Positions 51,625 to 64,000 of a stretch of 64,000 nucleotides of DNA are shown in pieces (the first letter of the stretch is position 1; each line of letters begins with the position of its first letter). The stretch comes from Hydrolagus affinis (Eukaryota). The stretch is from the NCBI GenBank assembly GCA_012026655.1, contig JAAILG010001037.1:1-64000 (forward strand), in the 5' to 3' direction. Both the position numbers and the translations under genes were made by a program. Under the pieces are notes generated by a model. The model ran no database searches, was not told the origin of the DNA, and saw nothing but the letters and a program-made list of their open reading frames with translations.

Positions 51625-54600
51625 CTTAATGCATAAATGAAGCAAACAAAAGGTAAGAAAAAACAGCATTGATAGGTTAGTTGGAATCATAGGATATGAA
51701 TACAAAATAAATCAATGTTAAGTGTCTGATATTGACTGATTCATTATTCCAGTAGGTTACAGAGTGAAGCAAAAAGCGAGTTGTGAACAGAGGTTCTTTT
51801 CAGATGGCATTATGCTGAATAAATGCAAAATCTCTGTTGAAAAAGGAGAAATGTCTACTATGCTGGACAAACACAGGCGCCTTTCATAGGCCACAATTAA
51901 AATGTAACCAGCTCCACTGTGAAAATCATACAGCACGAAGAGTGATGAAATTATCACTGGATTTTTAAAATAAACTTTATTTCTTTGTTCAGTTTGTCAA
52001 TCTGCTGACAGCTACACCATCATACAAATCTCCACCACTGTGCAAACTGTTCTATTGGTGGTGTTAATCGTGAGGGGTGGGGAGGTTCAGAAGGGCTTCA
52101 CTGCCCCAGTTGCTTCACATTCAATTTGTGACCTTTCTGTCCCTATGGTACAGCAATATTGCATACACAGACTCCAAAGTGTTAAAAACTCTAGTTATTA
52201 AAAAAAAAACTAATTCTAGTAGCTGGAAAATGAAATATGCTTCCACAAACTGGTCAGTTAAAATTGTTGGAATAGATGAAAATATCATTGGCAATTTTAG
52301 TTTCAACCTCGTCAGAACATCCCTACCTTCCCCAATTTGCTATATATTATAATGCCATTGAGACGGAGATTAAACACATTTGGGCATTAATGGGGGAGAA
52401 CATTTGTACTTGTAAATCTGTATGTGATTCATAAATTAAAGTACTGTACTATTGGAGCCATGGGTAAAACACTAACTAGAGAAAAAGCACAGGGGAACAG
52501 ACTCAGGACTTCTTGTCTCCGTTCTTAGTTCTGACTAGGCTTGAGAGAATACTTAGAAGAATTGCCATGTTAGGTTAACAAATGTATGCATTTAAACATT
52601 TAAAATCCTGCTTATGTCTGACTGTTATTGTAGGATACAGAGGAGGTAAAGTCGTCCATTGGGTACAGCTAGTTCAATATAAACACTTAACAATGTGTAT
52701 GTAATATTACACAGTGCCTCCTGGTAGCACTGTGGAGTTTGCAGACGTCACTGGTCTCCACTGTGTGGAACTGCAGCCTCACTTTCCCATTCATGATTTT
52801 TCAACTGTACACATCCATACAGTTGGTGGCGCTCACCACTAACTAACTTATATTGTGATCCATCTCAGTCTCAGAGAACAAGATCAATCTGCACAGTGAC
52901 ATCACAAAGCATAGCTGCATGCCAGATTTGGAATCTGCATCCAATCAAAAAAATTAGTGCATTCACATTACACAGAGTTATTACAGGGAAAGCCATCAGT
53001 TTTGGGGACCCAAGAGTGGACTTTTCAATCTGATATTTCCAGACTCAACATGACATAAAACAAACATGAGTTATTTATCCTAATTCATTGCCAGCAATGC
53101 AGGAACTTTATCTTCACTGGATTGCTTCCAAATACAGCCACGGCACCATTTGATGCACTAAATCAATTCAAGCTTCTGAAAGCACTGCAAATTTATTTTG
53201 AAATGTAAAAAAGGGTGATTGAAGGGGGCAGCCCAATCTGTTGGTTTACAGCAGGTCATTTTCAGTTTATAGAGGGCAAGACATTCAATTTGATTGTTTT
53301 GTATGGGTGTAGAATCCCAAAAATGGATTACCAAACACAGAACCCAATATAGACCCTGTAAAAAAAAACTTAAATTGCTTTCTTCCAAACATTTGCCTCA
53401 ATGCATCAGAGTATGTAACAGAACAACTTTGGTCAAGTTCTCACTGAAAACCCCATCAATGCAGATTAGAGATAAACTCTTAAGATTGATCACACCTCCA
53501 TTAATACAGGTTTTACTGGTACCCTGGTGTAGAGGCAGAGAAAGGCAGAGAAAAAGGATTTAAATGATCTTCAATCATGTTATAAACTGGCATTGAGTAA
53601 ACTCAATGGGTTGATCAGCTTAAACTGTTAAATCTGCATAAACTCATGTGGGTTTTTCAAGCCTGATCAAGAGGAGCCGATAAAAATGATGAGCAGTCTC
53701 GCTGGGCCTTGCGCTATACTGCTCACTATTTCTGAAATTAACAAATTTGCCAGAGCAAAACGTTACCATATGAGGTTGGACTGAACATGTTTTTATGCTG
53801 ATCTATTCTTTGATAGGTTTACCACTGTGGCGTAATATGTAATGCACTCAGCCATCTCCATGGGTTCCGGCAGCCCTGAGGTACCCACCCAAGAGCCTGT
53901 TTATCATGTACGCAAGGACAGCAAGTGCTGGCAGACTATTCTACCATGGAAGGCATCATAGCAGAGCACAACTTGGTTCTCAACCAAACATCTAAAACTT
54001 CACTGTCCAGTGAGAGAGCTGGATGGCAATCAGGAGCAGAAACATGAGATCCACAGTCCGGGAATGCTGAGGCCAAATGTAGCATTACAAATGTTGCTCT
54101 GATTAATATCAACTAAACTCAAACCTGTGGCCCTCTGGTTTGTAGGATTAGGGGCTGCATGGAACAGTGCCTTCAGAAGCTATTTGGCAAAAGACATAAC
54201 TGAGGGGAGAGATGGGACAATGCGGATTATGTATCACTTTTTTTTAATGGACTGCAAAGGTCTTTGCCCAGTACTAAAATCTCTCTGATTGCCCAATAGA
54301 TCACATTAAGTTTTTAAGATTCCAGAAATACACTAGACTAGCCAGGTTTAGAAAAATGTCAGAACAATGTGAAAACCATCTGTAATTTGAATTGGTAATT
54401 CTCACTTTTTTCATGAAATGAAAATAACACTTTAAAAAGCCTTGTTGCAGTGCCTGAAGATGTAAGCAGTCAAAGATCTCTTAAGTAGAACATGATGAGA
54501 TTGAATATTTATATACAGGAATACATCTCAAAATACTTGACACTGTCGGCTGGGCACCTGAGTGGGGGGTGGCAGCCAAGAGGGGTGGATGGTGAGGGGA

Positions 54601-54974
54601 AATGATGACTGAAAGGATGGTCAAAGAATTAGATGTGACTTGCCTTGAAAGACAGGAGAGCGGCAGTGAGTTGGAGGAACTTCATAGAGCGGTGGCAAAA
54701 TGGAGATGGTGGGGCAGATGGGGTGGGGGGAGGTGCATGAAGCAAGCTGGTGTTTGCTCTGCAAAGGGAATGGTCGTGTCGGGAAGTCACAGAGGTAAGG
54801 TGAGGAGGGGGGCTTGGAATGAACAGTGTAGTCTCTCACTGGGAAAACAAGGAAGCTTTCTGTGAGGAAACTGCAGACACATCACTCGGGGGTCCATCAT
54901 TGGTCCCCCTAAAGGGCCAAGGCAGCCTCAGATCATCTGTCCTGACAGTGAACCAGTGTCACAAAATAATTGTC

Positions 54975-55560
54975 CCCTCTGCACTCTCTTTTTGTTTCTC
55001 TCTCTCACTCTCTTTTTATTACTCCCCTTCTCTCCACCTTCCTCTCTCTCAGCACACATTCTCACTTCCCCTCCCTCATACTCTTTTCATCCCTCCCCCA
55101 CCCTTCCTCTCTCACTCACCTTCTCTCCCACACAAACACCCCACCTACTCTCAATCACTCATTCTCTCCCTCCCTTTCGGTTTCTTTCAATCTCTATCGG
55201 CTTCTCTCTGATCTCTCACTCACACATTCTCCCCCTCGCTAAAAAATAATCTAGTCAGTGGGGTGCTTCCAATCCTGGTTTTGAAATTGTTTCCAGCTGC
55301 TCCCAGGCCCATTTGTAAAAAAGTTCCCAAGTGGAGAGATGCCTTCTCTTATCACTCTCCCCCTTCTCTTAATCATTCTCTGCCCCCTCTCACACACTCC
55401 CTCTCTTATACTCTTCCTCTCCCAATCTCTCCCTCACTCAATCATTTAATCTCTCTGTGAATCATTCTCTCTCTGTCAATCACTCTCCCGCCTCTCTCAC
55501 ACACTCTCCCTACTCTCTCTCTTTTTCTCTCTCTCATTCAATCCTTCCCTCCCAATCAGC
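54975..55560. repeat. CT/CA-rich low-complexity tract
   Basis: Degenerate (CT)n/(CTCA)n, almost G-free except for the inserted 104-bp segment. Confidence 0.85.
55242..55345 (+). repeat. ~104-bp dispersed duplicate, copy 2
   Basis: aaaaataatctagtcagtgg...agttcccaagtggagagatgcctt, embedded in a CT-rich tract. Confidence 0.92.
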
Positions 55561-56176
55561 CACCAGGTCACTATCTACAGCGGCAGGAACCGGCTGTTAC
55601 TAAGGACATGGTGGAGAAGGAGACGGACTTGCCTTCCTAACAGACTGCGGCTAAGGCTGGTCTTACTTTCACTCTCTGAGCTTCGTCCTCACAACCTCTT
55701 GCTCCTGGCACTGCCATGGGTGAATGTTCACTGGAGAGGGAGTAGAAGTTGCAATGGTGTAAATGGTCCGGGCCAGATAAAATCACCCGCAGGCCTTTTT
55801 TTGGGATGATGTGGCAATGATAAAATTCAATGGCTAATTTACTCTAATATCATTTAAGTAAAAATCTGCAGAAAGCTAATGCTCCAGTAAATGAACATTG
55901 ATACATCACTGCCCAAATTGTGAAAAATTATCTTTAGTAAGTGACGAAACACCTACCTTAGAGGCTTAAATTTAAGCTATTTATAAATTGGCATATTTAG
56001 CAACTACCTCTACAGCGTTCATCAACACTGCCCTAGTCACTGGCAAAGTCACATCACAACATAATACATTTAACCTCCAGTCCCCTCCTTGCCCCAATAT
56101 AGTACCTCTATAACAGAACAGCTCCAAGTCCAAATGAAAATGTGACTGTTCAGCCTCTAGCAGTGACCTGTTTTCA

Positions 56177-56491
<315 letters not shown>

Positions 56492-56945
56492 TTAAAACAC
56501 CAGTTAAATACCTAGGAGGAATCTGATGAAATGGTTTAGATCAGAACAATTGATTGTCAAATAATTCAATTTGAAACAAAGATACCTCAAATTTTCTACC
56601 CACTTATTACATATGCAGCCTTTCACCTCTGTGACCCACTCTGCATATACTGATGGAAGTAATACTGCAAGATTGTTTACATTCTAATTGCAATATGAAG
56701 AACACAGAGACTGGAAGAACACAGACAAAGCCTCAAACCTCATCAGCTCACTTCGTGAATTCGTTCAACTATACATAGTGCATTAAGCAGCATCAAGTTA
56801 ACAGGGGCCTTGCCAGCATTTGTAAATATGATGTTAATCTGTGATATTTACATAATCACAAATATACAGATTTTAATTAACTGGTCTGTCGCAGTACTAT
56901 ACAGATAATAAATTACATCAGTAGAGATGGCTGTTAGAATGCCTG

Positions 56946-57130
56946 ATAATAATCCTTGCATTTGATATAGCGCCCTGTCACATCTTCTGGAGTCTAGACG
57001 TCCCAAAGTGCTTCACAGAATATATTGTGAAGTGAATTGAATGTATATTTATGGGGGAAATGCAGCAGCCAATTGTATACAGCAGTGTCCCACAAACAGT
57101 GATGGATTGAAATGACCAATTTATGATTTT
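56946..57130 (-). mobile_element. SINE, 5'-truncated
   Basis: Reverse SINE tail and body (gcagccaattg..cagcagtgtcccacaaacag). Confidence 0.82.
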
Positions 57131-58736
57131 GATAATAATCCCTCAAGAAAAAAAACAATAATTGTTTTTCTGTTATGGTGGAACCAGTTTAATCCGGTTG
57201 CAAATGGTCATCAATTGATAGCATAGAATAGTCTACAATTTGACATGAATGGCATTAAGCTGACAAGATGTGTAGAAATGGAAATAGAGAATGGAAACGG
57301 AGTGCAGTCCCATTATAATACCCTTCTTTACATCTCAAATTCAATGGACCACATCCACTATGGATGCTGTTAGCTAATCCGCTCGCTTCCCACATGCTAG
57401 CCATCTCTCGTACTAAAATGGTGGACTTTCAGGTGGATAAATTCCAAGTGGCATAAGAGGGGGAAGAGAGAACCAGCCAGACTTCACAATCGTTAGCAAT
57501 TATCACTATTTATCACTTGGAAAGTTGCGTGGACAGAGAGGAAAGAATCTACTATGGCTGCAATCCAACACCACTAACATTGCAAACAAACTTGGCTGAG
57601 TTCACACATTTAAGTACCAAAAGATAACTAGTTATATAGTTATGGATAACTATAAATGTAATTTTGTTGTTGTTGTTGTTGTTGTTGTTGTAGAGCCAGT
57701 GGAGCCAAACCCTCACCATACCCTATGTGTGTCAGTGACTAGCAGAATAGGGAGAATAATAGATGGAATCCCACCAACAAATATTTAAACGGTACAGGCT
57801 CAATTTATAAAATCCTTTACTATTACCTTGTACAAGTTCTTTCAACTATGAACAACTGATTGAAATTGTAAAATGCAAACAAATGCATCTTGCTTCACTG
57901 CCAGTTACGAGCTCACATAGTTATTGACGAAAACAATCATGAATATCAAAAACCCACTTTTGAAAACGGGAAGCAACCAAAGTCAGAACCTGTTGCAGGT
58001 TTCAGTCATTGAGGGCATTCTGGCATCAGTCAGCAAATGGGATGTTCTCCTGGACGTGAAAGGCTCTCTATAAATGTAATTTTGTTGTTGTTGTTGTAAT
58101 TTCGGCAGTCATCCCATGTGTAAATTGAAACATTCTAATCGACTAAACATTTTCAAATTCTCATTGATTGGATCCCACGATAGTTGCCCAGACTGCATTT
58201 GAATTTTTCTCTGATGAGGCATTTCCTCTGCTAATGTAAAGCACATGCTGCATTGCCATTTCATTCTGAAGAGGTTTAACTTCTGAGGTGCTGTTTAAGC
58301 TCCAGTGATTTGAGAAGAACCAACAGCCAGAAGTAAAGCCTACTCCTTCACAAATCCAACAGCAACAGATCAAAGTCAGCACAACCAACCTCCCACCAGA
58401 AGGAAAATCCTTGATGGTCGCAAGCAGTGCCTTTTGTAATTGGTTGGAGGGACAGCCCTTCAGGAAACCAAGCATGTCTTCTTGGAGGAAATAGTTTAGT
58501 GTACTGACAAAAGGGAATCTCTTCACAGAGGGTTTTAATCTACATAGCACTTCTTGAAAGCATCAGTGTGTAGGCTCAGGCCTAGGTATTAGACACATTA
58601 GCCAACATGACGTCCTATAATTTTATTCTGATCTTTCCTCTATGAATCAATGTTATTACATGTTCAGGTTAAAATGCCTGTACTGGTGTGCAGAATGGAT
58701 GTATAAATAGGCAAATGCTCTCCAGTTACTCGTATA

Positions 58737-59128
58737 CAGGTAGACCCTGCTTAACGTTGTAGGTTGGTTCTTGAAAAGTGCGACTTTAAGCAAAACGACA
58801 TTAAGCAAATACATTTTTCCCATAAGAATGAATGTAAAAATTGGAGTTAGGTTCTTTTAGATATTTTTCACCAAACTTTCCTTTTAAAAAACCATAATAC
58901 TCGCTCTCTGATTGCCTGCCCGGCTCACTCACTCACTGCCGGTCTCACTCGCTGCCGGCCTGGCTCACTCCCAAATCCTAGTACCGTCGTGCCCCCTTTC
59001 CACCCGCGCGAACGACGTAATAGCAAACATCACAAATTTAAACGAATATATATTCCCAATGTATCAGCAACGTAATAACAAAATAACATTAAGCTTAACA
59101 TTAAGCAACGTTAAGCAGGGTCTACCTG
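58737..59128. mobile_element. Tigger/pogo-like MITE, 392 bp
   Basis: Perfect 23-bp TIRs CAGGTAGACCCTGCTTAACGTTG / CAACGTTAAGCAGGGTCTACCTG with TA on both sides. Confidence 0.93.
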
Positions 59129-61989
59129 TACTCCAGAATATAAAGTATTTCATATTTTTAAAAATCCTTTAATTGGATTTGTGTATTGTGTCAAAATGTC
59201 TCCAAGTACTTTTCCATATAGATTAGTGACTGTATTTATTGCCAATTTCACACAGCAATTCCACAAACAGCCATGAAGCAAATGGCCCTTGTAAAGCAAA
59301 CTCTGGGGGGAACTGAAGGCCAGGATCACTAGAAAAACTTGCTTGGTTTGAAAAATACCATACGGCCTTGAATGTCTACCAGAACAGGTAGACAGGACCT
59401 CATCTTAACCACTTGTTCAAAGGTCATTTATCCAACACAGATTACTTTCCCAGTGCTACTATGAAACATCATCCTGAACGGTTAAGCAATATCAAATAAT
59501 TTTAATCTTTACTTGAAGTGCAACTCTTGGGATCTCTATATATTAGGGGTGGGGTTATGCCATGTGTGATGTTTAGTACACCTACACTGTTCAGTTATTT
59601 CAGAAAATCCTATGAATCATGCACATGTTAAATTTACAAATACCCCGAGCATCTGCCAAACCCATCATTGTAAAACACCTTCACATTAAAGGTTCAATGG
59701 CCAGTCAATCTCAATGCAATAACTGAAGCATTTCCTATTATCCCACTTCCAGTTCAGATCCATGACAGGTGACCAGCAAATGACCTCCCACCTTTTGAGC
59801 ACTCTCAGCAAGGTCAGAAACTCTCTGCATCATGTCAAGCAAAGAATCTAAACATTCACGGCCAGCACCCCAATATCAAGTAATGCAGCCACTGCTGCTC
59901 CCCAGACAACTTCTTCATGTTTGTCAGTACGCTATCCATTTCTGAATTTGAAGAGCATCAGAACCTTTATGGAATAAGTTTTTTTTTGAAAAATTGACAA
60001 ACAAGGAGCATGGAAGCGTTCGCAGAACACCGACTAAAGTCAAAAGCATTGCACGTTGATAGCAATTCTGCTACAAACGTACCAATCAATCCATCATGGT
60101 GCCCCCCCATTCCCCATCTGAAAACAGGCTTCAGTTAAACAAGATTCCACATAATTTGATCAGAATTTCAGGTATTCCAGTTAATCAGAATTCTATGCAA
60201 CATTTGCTGTTAAACGGGTGCCCTGGGATGGTATCCATCCTATTCCAGCATGTTGGGACGTTCCCCCAATATAAAAAGCACAAAATAAATGCAATTTGCT
60301 GTTGCTGGGATTCTTGTGCATTGCAAACAGATAGTGCTGCCAATTGTGAGGAGGATATTTAGGGTTGAGAAAGAGCCACGTCCACCTCTCCAGGACATAT
60401 TAAAAAGGACTGAATACGTAGCACAGCAAATGTGAAAAAATAAACTGAACAATAAATAAACTGAATCTAGAGATAAGACATTAGACACAATGGGTCTTGG
60501 GTCCCAACCCCTGACTGTTCAGTGCCTTGGGACGTCCTCCCGATGTGAAAGGCTATCTACATGTGTAATTTTGTTGTTGTTTCAAAATTCAAAAGGACAG
60601 CGTTTACCCCTTCTGTCACGAGCACGGCCAGACAGGTATTAATCAAGTCTCAAGATGAAACCTCTACCTCCACACCGCATGCAGCAAAGCAAAGCCAAGG
60701 TCAAGTGCAGCTTGGGACAAGCTACCCGAGTCCAGGAGATGTTATCAGGGAGGAGTATTTGGAGCTTTTGAGTTTTTTTTAAAACATAAGTTGAGCTGTC
60801 CATTTGTGCTGAATGACAGCAGAAGAAGTGATTCAGATGCTCTCATCTTTCCAGTTAAGATTCCTTACAACGTCATTTTAGTACAATTGTTAAAGCTGCA
60901 AAAAGGAAGGCCTGCCCACACGCGAAGATTAACTCCCAGCTGTTTCCATTTCATCAGGGCAGGGAGAAACTGTGGGGTGTGAGGAATGTGACCAATATAG
61001 GCAGGATGCTTTTAAATTCAGTTCAAGTTGAAACAGAGACTGAAGTAGGTCACAATGATTTGGCACCGATTGCAAGAGAACCTCTCACCTGGTCAAAACC
61101 ATTTCAAGTTGGTTGTGAAGACATTTTTACCTTCATTGACGCTGTTCTGACTTGCAAAATCGATTATTCACACCAGCATTAATCATCTCCTTTCCCGAAC
61201 ATTGAATTCTGGTCATTTAATCGTTACCTTCTCTGCTACCAAATTACAATGTCCACTGGTTCTAAAGAATCCTTGGGCCCTATCAGCAGTCGCTTAGTAT
61301 TATTTTCAGAGTATTCAGTGTTGAGTCATCCGCAGAAAGCAATGCAATTCAGAAGGATAGCTGAAAAGCCTGACATTTCAATAATAACATAGATTAGATA
61401 TTAGATAGCAATTGAGACTGTCGGCCGCACTCACAAACCACACCAACATCCATTACGTACAATTTGCCAAGAAAAGGACATTACTTCATTCAATGAAATC
61501 ATCTCACTTAAGAGTCTGTCACAGTTTTCTTAAAAAAAATTCAAATGTTTATTAAGCGATATTCGTGGAACAAACTGAAAACCAGTCAGGCACAACCCTG
61601 AACACACTTGTACAAAAGGCTGATTTACTTGTGCGTCATTCAGCCATTGCTTAAACATCTCATGTATCTGGACCCTTGTTCTATATTCAGGATTACATTA
61701 AAAGCAGATTCCTCATGGAATTTGGGTCACTTTCTGTCTCGAACTAATACAAATGGTTTGACATTTGCTTCTGGTATCTAGTCACAAACTGTAAATTCAG
61801 CCCCAATCCCATTTCCCCGGGAAAATCATCTTCTTTCACCTTTGAAACAATAAAACAAAATAAGTAAAATATCCTAAAAAGAATATGGCTTTCATTACAT
61901 TTTGGCTTGACTAAACTAACTTCTTGCTCAGTGAACGAGCCAACTCTTCCCTCCAAAGGCAGCAGATTATTCAAAATTCTGCATTTTAT

Positions 61990-62550
61990 GTCCTCTCCCA
62001 CATTAAGCTCCCATTCTCGCCTGGCTTCAGTAGCTTTATCAAGTTCTAAGATCCTCGTCCTCAGCTTTAAAGCTTTCCACCGTCTTGCTCCTCCCTATCT
62101 CTTCAGCCTACTAAAACTTTAAAACTTCAACCAATCCACTCTCCACTCGGCTGCTAATGGCCTCCTCCATGCCCGCCCCACAAATGACAGTCAGAACATA
62201 AGAACAAGGAGGAGTAGGACATTTGGCCCCTCGATCCTGCTCTGCCATTCAATAAGATCAAGGCTGATCTTCTAGTCTAACTCCACCTACCCGTCTTATC
62301 CCCATATCCCTTAATCCGCCAGGACATCAGCCTTTCTGGAACTCCATCCCAGAGTCCCTCCGTCTCCCCTTCACTCCTTCAAGGCCCATCTCTAGACCTT
62401 CATCTTCAACCGTGCCTTTGGTCATCTTTTCACCCCCACTGCACACCAACCCTCTTAATTCCAAACCCCAGTTCAGATGCAAAGCCACTGTCCAGAGCTT
62501 TGGGATATCCTCTTGACATGAAAGGCACTCAATTAATGCAATTTGATGCT
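61990..62550 (+). mobile_element. L2-type 3' fragment with a nested reverse CR1 tail (~62193-62318)
   Basis: KILVLSFKAFHRLAPPYL remnant resumes at tggaactccatccc after an agaacataagaac..ttggcccctcgatcctgctctgccattcaataagatca insert. Confidence 0.75.
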
Positions 62551-63135
62551 GTTAAAAAGTCCCCAACGTTTCTTCTTCACACAAGAATTTCCAATCATCC
62601 CAAACTCTGTTTCTCATCTGACCCTGGACTTAGTGAATTTTGCAAAAAAAAATGTTTTATTAACCAATGTTACCATTCATTCCTTAAAACTCTTCTTAAT
62701 CAACACATGCTTGGGTTACAGCTGTGAATAAAACCTCTAAAAGCTGCGAATAAAACCACTTCTAAAAGACATGACTAAAACAGTGTCAGAGGATACAACC
62801 TGTGATCAGTGTGATGAATGTGCAATATGAAAGAAATTGGATTGAATCAGTTCATATAAACAGTTAATTGTAGAATACAGGATAGTAAGGGACATGAAGA
62901 AAGGACAGGAAATTGAATTCAGGTATCTGCCAAGATCTAATAAAATGGCAAAGGAGATTTGATGGACTAGTATGGTCTGGAAAGCAATGCCTGAAAGGTT
63001 GGTGGAAATAGATTCAACTACAATTTGGATAACAGAATTAGAAACAAGAAAGGTACTTGAAAAGGAAACATTTGCAAGCATTTGGGGAAAGAGCGGGGAA
63101 GTGGGACTGATTGGGTAGCTCTTCTTAGAGCCGGT

Positions 63136-63395
63136 AATAATAATAATAATAATAATCCTTCGATTTTGGTATAGCACTTTTCACGTCTTCTAGACGTCTC
63201 AAAGTGCTTCACAGAATAGACTGTAAAGTGAATTGACTATTGTAGGCAAAATGCGGCAGTCAATTGCGCACAGCAGTGTCCCACAAACACCCGTGGATTG
63301 AAATGACCAATTTATTATAGGGTTTTTTTGGGGATGGGTTATCATTAGGTGTGTGGAGTAAGGAAACTTGCCCAAGGTTTCGCTCTGACCTGCCT
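63136..63395 (-). mobile_element. SINE, near full length
   Basis: (AAT)n tail, gcacttttcacgtcttctagacgtctcaaagtgc hairpin, body to gaaacttgcccaaggtttcgc. Confidence 0.87.
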
Positions 63396-64000
63396 GGTAC
63401 AGGCACAGTGGGCTGAATTGCCTCCCTCTGTGCTGTAATTCAGCATCTCTGCCCCCCACACTCTGGAACTGTATCTCACAATCCCCCCGCCTCACTGGTT
63501 AAACGCCACTGCACATTCTGAGGTCTCCAAACCTCCGCACTTGCCAACTCCACACAACCTTTGGGAATTAGATCATCAGAGTGCATCTCTCTAGGCAGAG
63601 TGTTCATTCCAGCCAAAGGGAAATTTCCATGCATAGGTTGCATGCAAGTGTGAAACTCAGTCTGGTCCAGCGCCTTGGTACGTCCTCCCAGCGTGAAAGC
63701 TCCTTATAAATATAATTTTGTTGTTGTTGTTGTTGTTGTTTGAATACTCTTGTGCATTGCGGTGGGTTTTCATTGCCATTTACTCTGCTGATCAAACAAG
63801 AAAAATCTCTATTGGGTATCAACTTAAAAACACATAAAGATGTTTCATTTTGGAGGATAATTGATTTTTGCTGAATTAATGTTGGACATAAAATATATCA
63901 AGAGCAGGTATTATAGAAATAAGAAAATATCAGTGAGACAACAGGAGAATTGAGCTAATTTATTAACACACGTGGAAACATTTTTTGGGCTCAAGGCAAT

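Noticed and set aside
54819-55460. Several Ser/Leu/Pro/His-rich ORFs
   Set aside because: Translations of a CT-rich low-complexity tract.
60940-60960. CTGATGA...GAAAC on the minus strand resembling a third hammerhead core
   Set aside because: Only 4 nt lie between the boxes, so helix II cannot form, and the flanks do not match the other two copies.

Overview
Vertebrate genomic DNA, not prokaryotic. The repeat landscape (L2 and CR1 LINE remnants, tRNA-derived Deu-type SINEs, Penelope-like fragments) suggests a cartilaginous fish, probably a chimaera or shark; this is an inference. The right half carries the 3' ten coding exons of Abl interactor 2 (ABI2) on the minus strand, from 56380 to the stop at 34129. 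All introns are GT-AG and the exons join in frame to 1401 nt, ending in the SH3 domain. The first two coding exons are not in the window and should lie beyond 64000. The gene includes an 18-nt WLLRFK microexon, a CAGCAGCAG tandem acceptor, and frame-preserving 213-nt and 87-nt cassette-type exons with clear splicing-regulatory motifs. A probably long 3' UTR runs towards about 29 kb. A CpG island at about 17.6-18.0 kb looks like the promoter and ATG-free first exon of a second, unidentified minus-strand gene; no coding exon of it was recognised in 1-17.6 kb. The rest is intron or intergenic DNA with many retroelements and three well-bounded DNA-transposon MITEs. Nearly all ORFs in the supplied track are spurious or transposon debris. 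The most notable non-obvious signals are two Penelope-type minimal hammerhead-ribozyme motifs, a ~104-bp near-identical duplication straddling the microexon, a 3' hairpin shared between the SINE and L2 families, and a (PTPx)n expansion in an ABI2 exon. I found no convincing wholly new biological system. Comparisons to human ABI2 and to repeat families are from memory, not from a search.
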